Part shown: piece after piece, positions 60,651 through 64,000 of the stretch
Layout: each line of letters opens with the position of its first letter
Numbering within the stretch: position 1 is the stretch's first letter
Assembly: GCA_004431415.1 (NCBI GenBank)
Contig: QPMI01000553.1
Span: forward strand, 62,001-126,000
From: Cyanophora paradoxa CCMP329
Taxonomy: Eukaryota > Plantae > Glaucophyta
DNA: 64,000 nt
Reading direction: 5' to 3'
Notes under the pieces: model-generated
What the model saw: the letters and a program-made list of their open reading frames with translations, nothing else
What the model was told of the DNA's origin: nothing
Databases searched by the model: none
Program-made: the position numbers and the translations under genes

Positions 60651-62580
60651 ATGCTGGAGAAGCGAGCCCGTGAGTCGGAGGAATCAGACGATGAGATCTC
60701 CGCGCTCAGCCCGACCACATCATGGAGCGGTGGCTCCGACCTGGAGGACCCGCCCGCCAACGTCGCGCCCCAGAAGCGGCGGGCCGTCGCGCGCCCTGCT
60801 CCGGTCCGCAGCTTGTGTCAATCCTCGGCTTTTATCCCGTTGATGCGTTTCCGCACGAAGAGCACCGCCCTGCTGTCGTTGCCGCACGACCTGCTGGTAA
60901 GGGTCCTCCACTTCTGCGACGCGCGGACGCTCTGCGCATGCAAGCTGGTTTGCAAGACGTTTCGAAAGCTTGCCCCCGTAGCTGGTGCGCAGCCCCGCTG
61001 CCAATCTCTCAGGGCTTCTCGCGTTTAATGGTTCCCGCGCGTAGCACTGCCGCGCTGCGCCAAGGACATTCTCGCCAAGGCAAACCAGCAGACGCTTCCG
61101 GACGGCGAATATACGTGCTATTTCCAAGGGGACTACCTCAAGCCGTTCCAGCTGTACTGCAAGTTTTCCGAGGACCCGCCGACCGAATGGCTCTCGCTAC
61201 GCGAGACGCCTTCGCACAGCCTGTCGACGCACAGCGTGTGGTCACCAGGTAGTTGGGGTCCGCAGGCGGAGCAGGGCTCAGAGTGCGTCGCCGAGCCCGC
61301 GCGGCTGTGACGTTCCGGTTCTCTTACGGTCCGGTGCCCGCAGGCGCGAATACACGATCGAAGCACAGGGCACCAAGCTTCGTACTGTGTTTACGAAGCT
61401 TCGGTTCGACGGACGCCGCGGTCTGGTCAAGATCGACGACTTTTCGTTTGCGGAGTCCACCGGCCAGCTGACCATTGAACAGGTGGGCACGTTCGATGCG
61501 TTTCTTGTAGCTGCGTCTGACATGACCCTCCTTGCGAGCGCAGACCGGCCCGGACGGCCTGTTCTTCCGCTGTCCTGTGACGACCGCGCCGCTGGGCTCC
61601 GTGCGATGCGCGGACACCGTCGCCAAGTCCCGCATCGATTTGCGCGGGACGCCGTTCTGCGTGCGGAGCAACTTCACGGGCGTCCAGTGCGCACCGACCG
61701 GTCCCGCCGCCCGCGGGCGCAGCTGCGCGGCCCCGCTGACGCGCGCGCGCGCCTCGCCCAGGACGACGCGCCACATCAAGGAGCAGGACTGCGCCTGGAC
61801 GCTGGCGTACAACGGCCAGGTGGTCGTCATGACCTGCCGCGAGGGCAACGCGATCGACCCGAAGCCGCCCTCCGGCGCGCTGGACCCCACCGCTCTCGCG
61901 ACCTCCTCGTGCGCGGCGCCCCGCCCCGCCCCGCTCCGGCCGCCCCGGGATCCGACTGACCCCGGTGTGCGCGCGCTGCAGGCGGGGCGGGATCGCGCAC
62001 CGCAATCCGGCCCTGGAGGCGGCCGTGCGGTTCTCGTCCATGGTCAAGCCGGGCGGGTGGATAGTCGAGCTCGACTGGTGCCCCGCGTGGGCCGAACAGG
62101 TGCCCGCCGCCCCTCCTGACAGCGCGGCCGCCTCCGCCCCTTAGTCCGCCGCCCCGCAGGCGTCGCCCCCCGCGCAGGACCCCGCCTGCGCACACTGTCG
62201 CAAGAACGAGGGCAGCAACCGGTGCGGCCCCCGCCGTGCCACCCCGCCCCGGCCCGCCCCCCGACCCGCCGCCGCGCGCCGACGCCGCCGCCGGCCGCAG
62301 GATGTGCTCGGCGTGCCTCACGGCCCGATACTGCTCGCGAGACTGCCAGACTCAGGACTGGAAGACCCGCCACAAGTTCCAGTGCAGCCGCAAGTAGGCT
62401 CAAACCGCTCTATCTGCGCCCTGAGGCTCTGGGTGGAGAGCCCGGCGGCCCTGTATCATTTCTACCGTAGTATCGATCCAGTGTAACTAACTTTACCTCG
62501 TCTTCTCTTCGCTTTCACCTGTCCAGGTCTGCCGGGGGCTCGACGTGAGCCCGCCGGCAGCGCAACCTTGTATATTTTGA
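60651..62580 (+). CDS. F-box protein fused to a GON-like domain
   Basis: F-box LLSLPHDLLVRVLHFCDARTLCACKLVCKTFR, then LPRCAKDIL..DGEYTCYFQGDYLKPFQLYC..PTEWLSL..TVFTKLRFD..VKIDDFSFAESTG..SRIDLRGTPFCV, which matches the GON pattern of ADAMTS9/20/GON-1. The 3' end is uncertain (62486 or 62580). Confidence 0.8.
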
Positions 62581-62791
62581 TGCATTTCACTGCTTGTGTT
62601 GGGTACTAATACTAGAGCAGTAGCTACGGCTAGTTTCACTATGTATTGCTAGGATAGGTACGCTTATGATCAATTTTGCAGCTGCAGCCAGCAGAGTAGC
62701 GCGCAGTACTAGTAGTACTAAGTTAACGTTGCTGTATGCATTTTGAAGTCAATCAAACCGCAGTAAAATTACTATGTTCCTTATCCTAGAA

Positions 62792-64000
62792 CTAGGAGAC
62801 GAGGGACAGGGAGAAGGACTGGGGAGAGGGGCTGGAGAGGAGGCGGAGGAGGGCGCCCGAGGGGAGGGCCCGGCAGGTCCCGGAGACGACGGCGCCGCGG
62901 TGCCGGCCCTTGAGCTCCAGCTGGCCCCCGTCGCCCTCCAGCGAGAGCAGGACCTCCACGTCGCCACGCGGCGTGAAGGTGCCCGAAGCCGTGTACCCCC
63001 GCGCCGTGCCGCCCCGCGCCCTGCCGCGCCCGCCTCAGCAGAAAATTCGAGTTCGAAACGCCGAGAACGGCGTACCCGAGGAATCCCTCGCCGCGGACTC
63101 GCCCGAAGTGGAAGAAAAGCTCCAGCGTGACGTCCTGCGGCCGCCCTGCTTTCGCGTCGTTAGCGCCGGGGGTACGCCGTGGCTGGACTCCGGGTCCCGG
63201 GAAGTGGAACCCACGCACCGTCGATGGGGAGGGTGCCATGCCAGAGGCCGGACTTGGGAGGGGCCCCGCCGGCGCCGCTCTGCTGGAGGCCCGAGCTGGG
63301 GCGCGCCTTCTTGTCGGGGCCGAAGCTCGAGCTCGAGCCGAAGTCCCCGAAGCCGAACGAGTACCCGTCCTCGTCCCCCTCCTCCTCCTCCTCCAGGTCC
63401 TGCTTGAACTTGGACTCCTCCTCCTTCCGGGCGCCCAGGCCCGTCCCGAAGAGACCGCCCCCGGCGCTGCCGGGCGCCGCGGCGAAGGCCGGCGCCGCCG
63501 TGATCGGCTTGGGGGGGCGCCCGCCACCAACCATCACCGGTGCTGGCAACTCATCCTCCTCCAGGTCGGCGTAGGCGTAGGCCCCTGGGCGGCCGGCGCC
63601 GAGGTTCGGGGGCGCCGGGGCGGCCGCGGCCCTCAGCTCTGAGAGGACGGCGGCTTCGAGGGAATCGCGGGCGGCCCAGGCGATGTACTGCAGGCCCGAC
63701 AGATGGAACTTGAACTCCTGCGGGATCTGCGGGGGAGATTGATGTTAGATCTGATCTCGGATTTGTATTCGATCCACAGCGCCGGGAGAGGCGCACGTCG
63801 CCAGAGAGCATGACGGGTATGATCGCGAAGCTCTGCTTCTTCTCGCGCTTCTCCGCTGCCGGTGCGGCTCGGATTTGATCTCAAGCGTGAATTTGATCTT
63901 AGGGCGGACCGAAGATGTCGAGCTCAATGGAGCACGGAACCGAGGCGAAGTAGTTGGGCGAGAGGATGCACACGGCGACGCGCGACTCGGAGGCAGCGTG
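62792..64000 (-). CDS. TIR-domain protein with acidic/Gly linker and small C-terminal beta-barrel-like domain (5' part outside window)
   Basis: HAASESRVAVCILSPNYFASVPCSIELDIF|AEKREKKQSFAIIPVMLSGD|IPQEFKFHLSGLQYIAW is TIR betaC-alphaC-betaD-betaE. Tail GLWHGTLPIDG|DVTLELFFHFGRVRGEGFLG..YTASGTF..LELKGRHRGAVVSGTC; stop at 62792-62794. Confidence 0.8.

Overview
Eukaryotic, intron-rich (mostly ~50-110 nt introns), very GC-rich genomic DNA from a flagellated protist or alga (CFAP299 present; the exact lineage cannot be determined from the sequence). Most long ORFs in the six-frame track are GC artefacts, so the genes below were rebuilt by hand from splice sites. Left to right: myosin A (-, runs off the left edge); a WDFY3/ALFY-type BEACH-WD40-FYVE gene (+); then a lower-GC island (~17.9-41.5 kb) holding a TA-flanked MITE, a head-to-tail duplicated 1.8-kb hairpin-ended element and one ~17-kb gene. 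That gene encodes a predicted type-II membrane receptor: two cytoplasmic TIR domains, a bacterial-type helical linker, one TM helix, a coiled coil, a beta-propeller-like region, Fn3 and 5-6 CUB domains. After the island: an orphan ORF, a DHHC palmitoyltransferase (-), myosin B (+), a small orphan (-), CFAP299 (+), myosin C (-), an F-box-GON-domain fusion (+) and a second TIR-domain gene (-, runs off the right edge). The best candidate for an undescribed system is the TIR-TIR-TM-propeller-Fn3-CUB receptor, possibly acting with the nearby soluble TIR protein. The three myosins also show patchwork sequence exchange.
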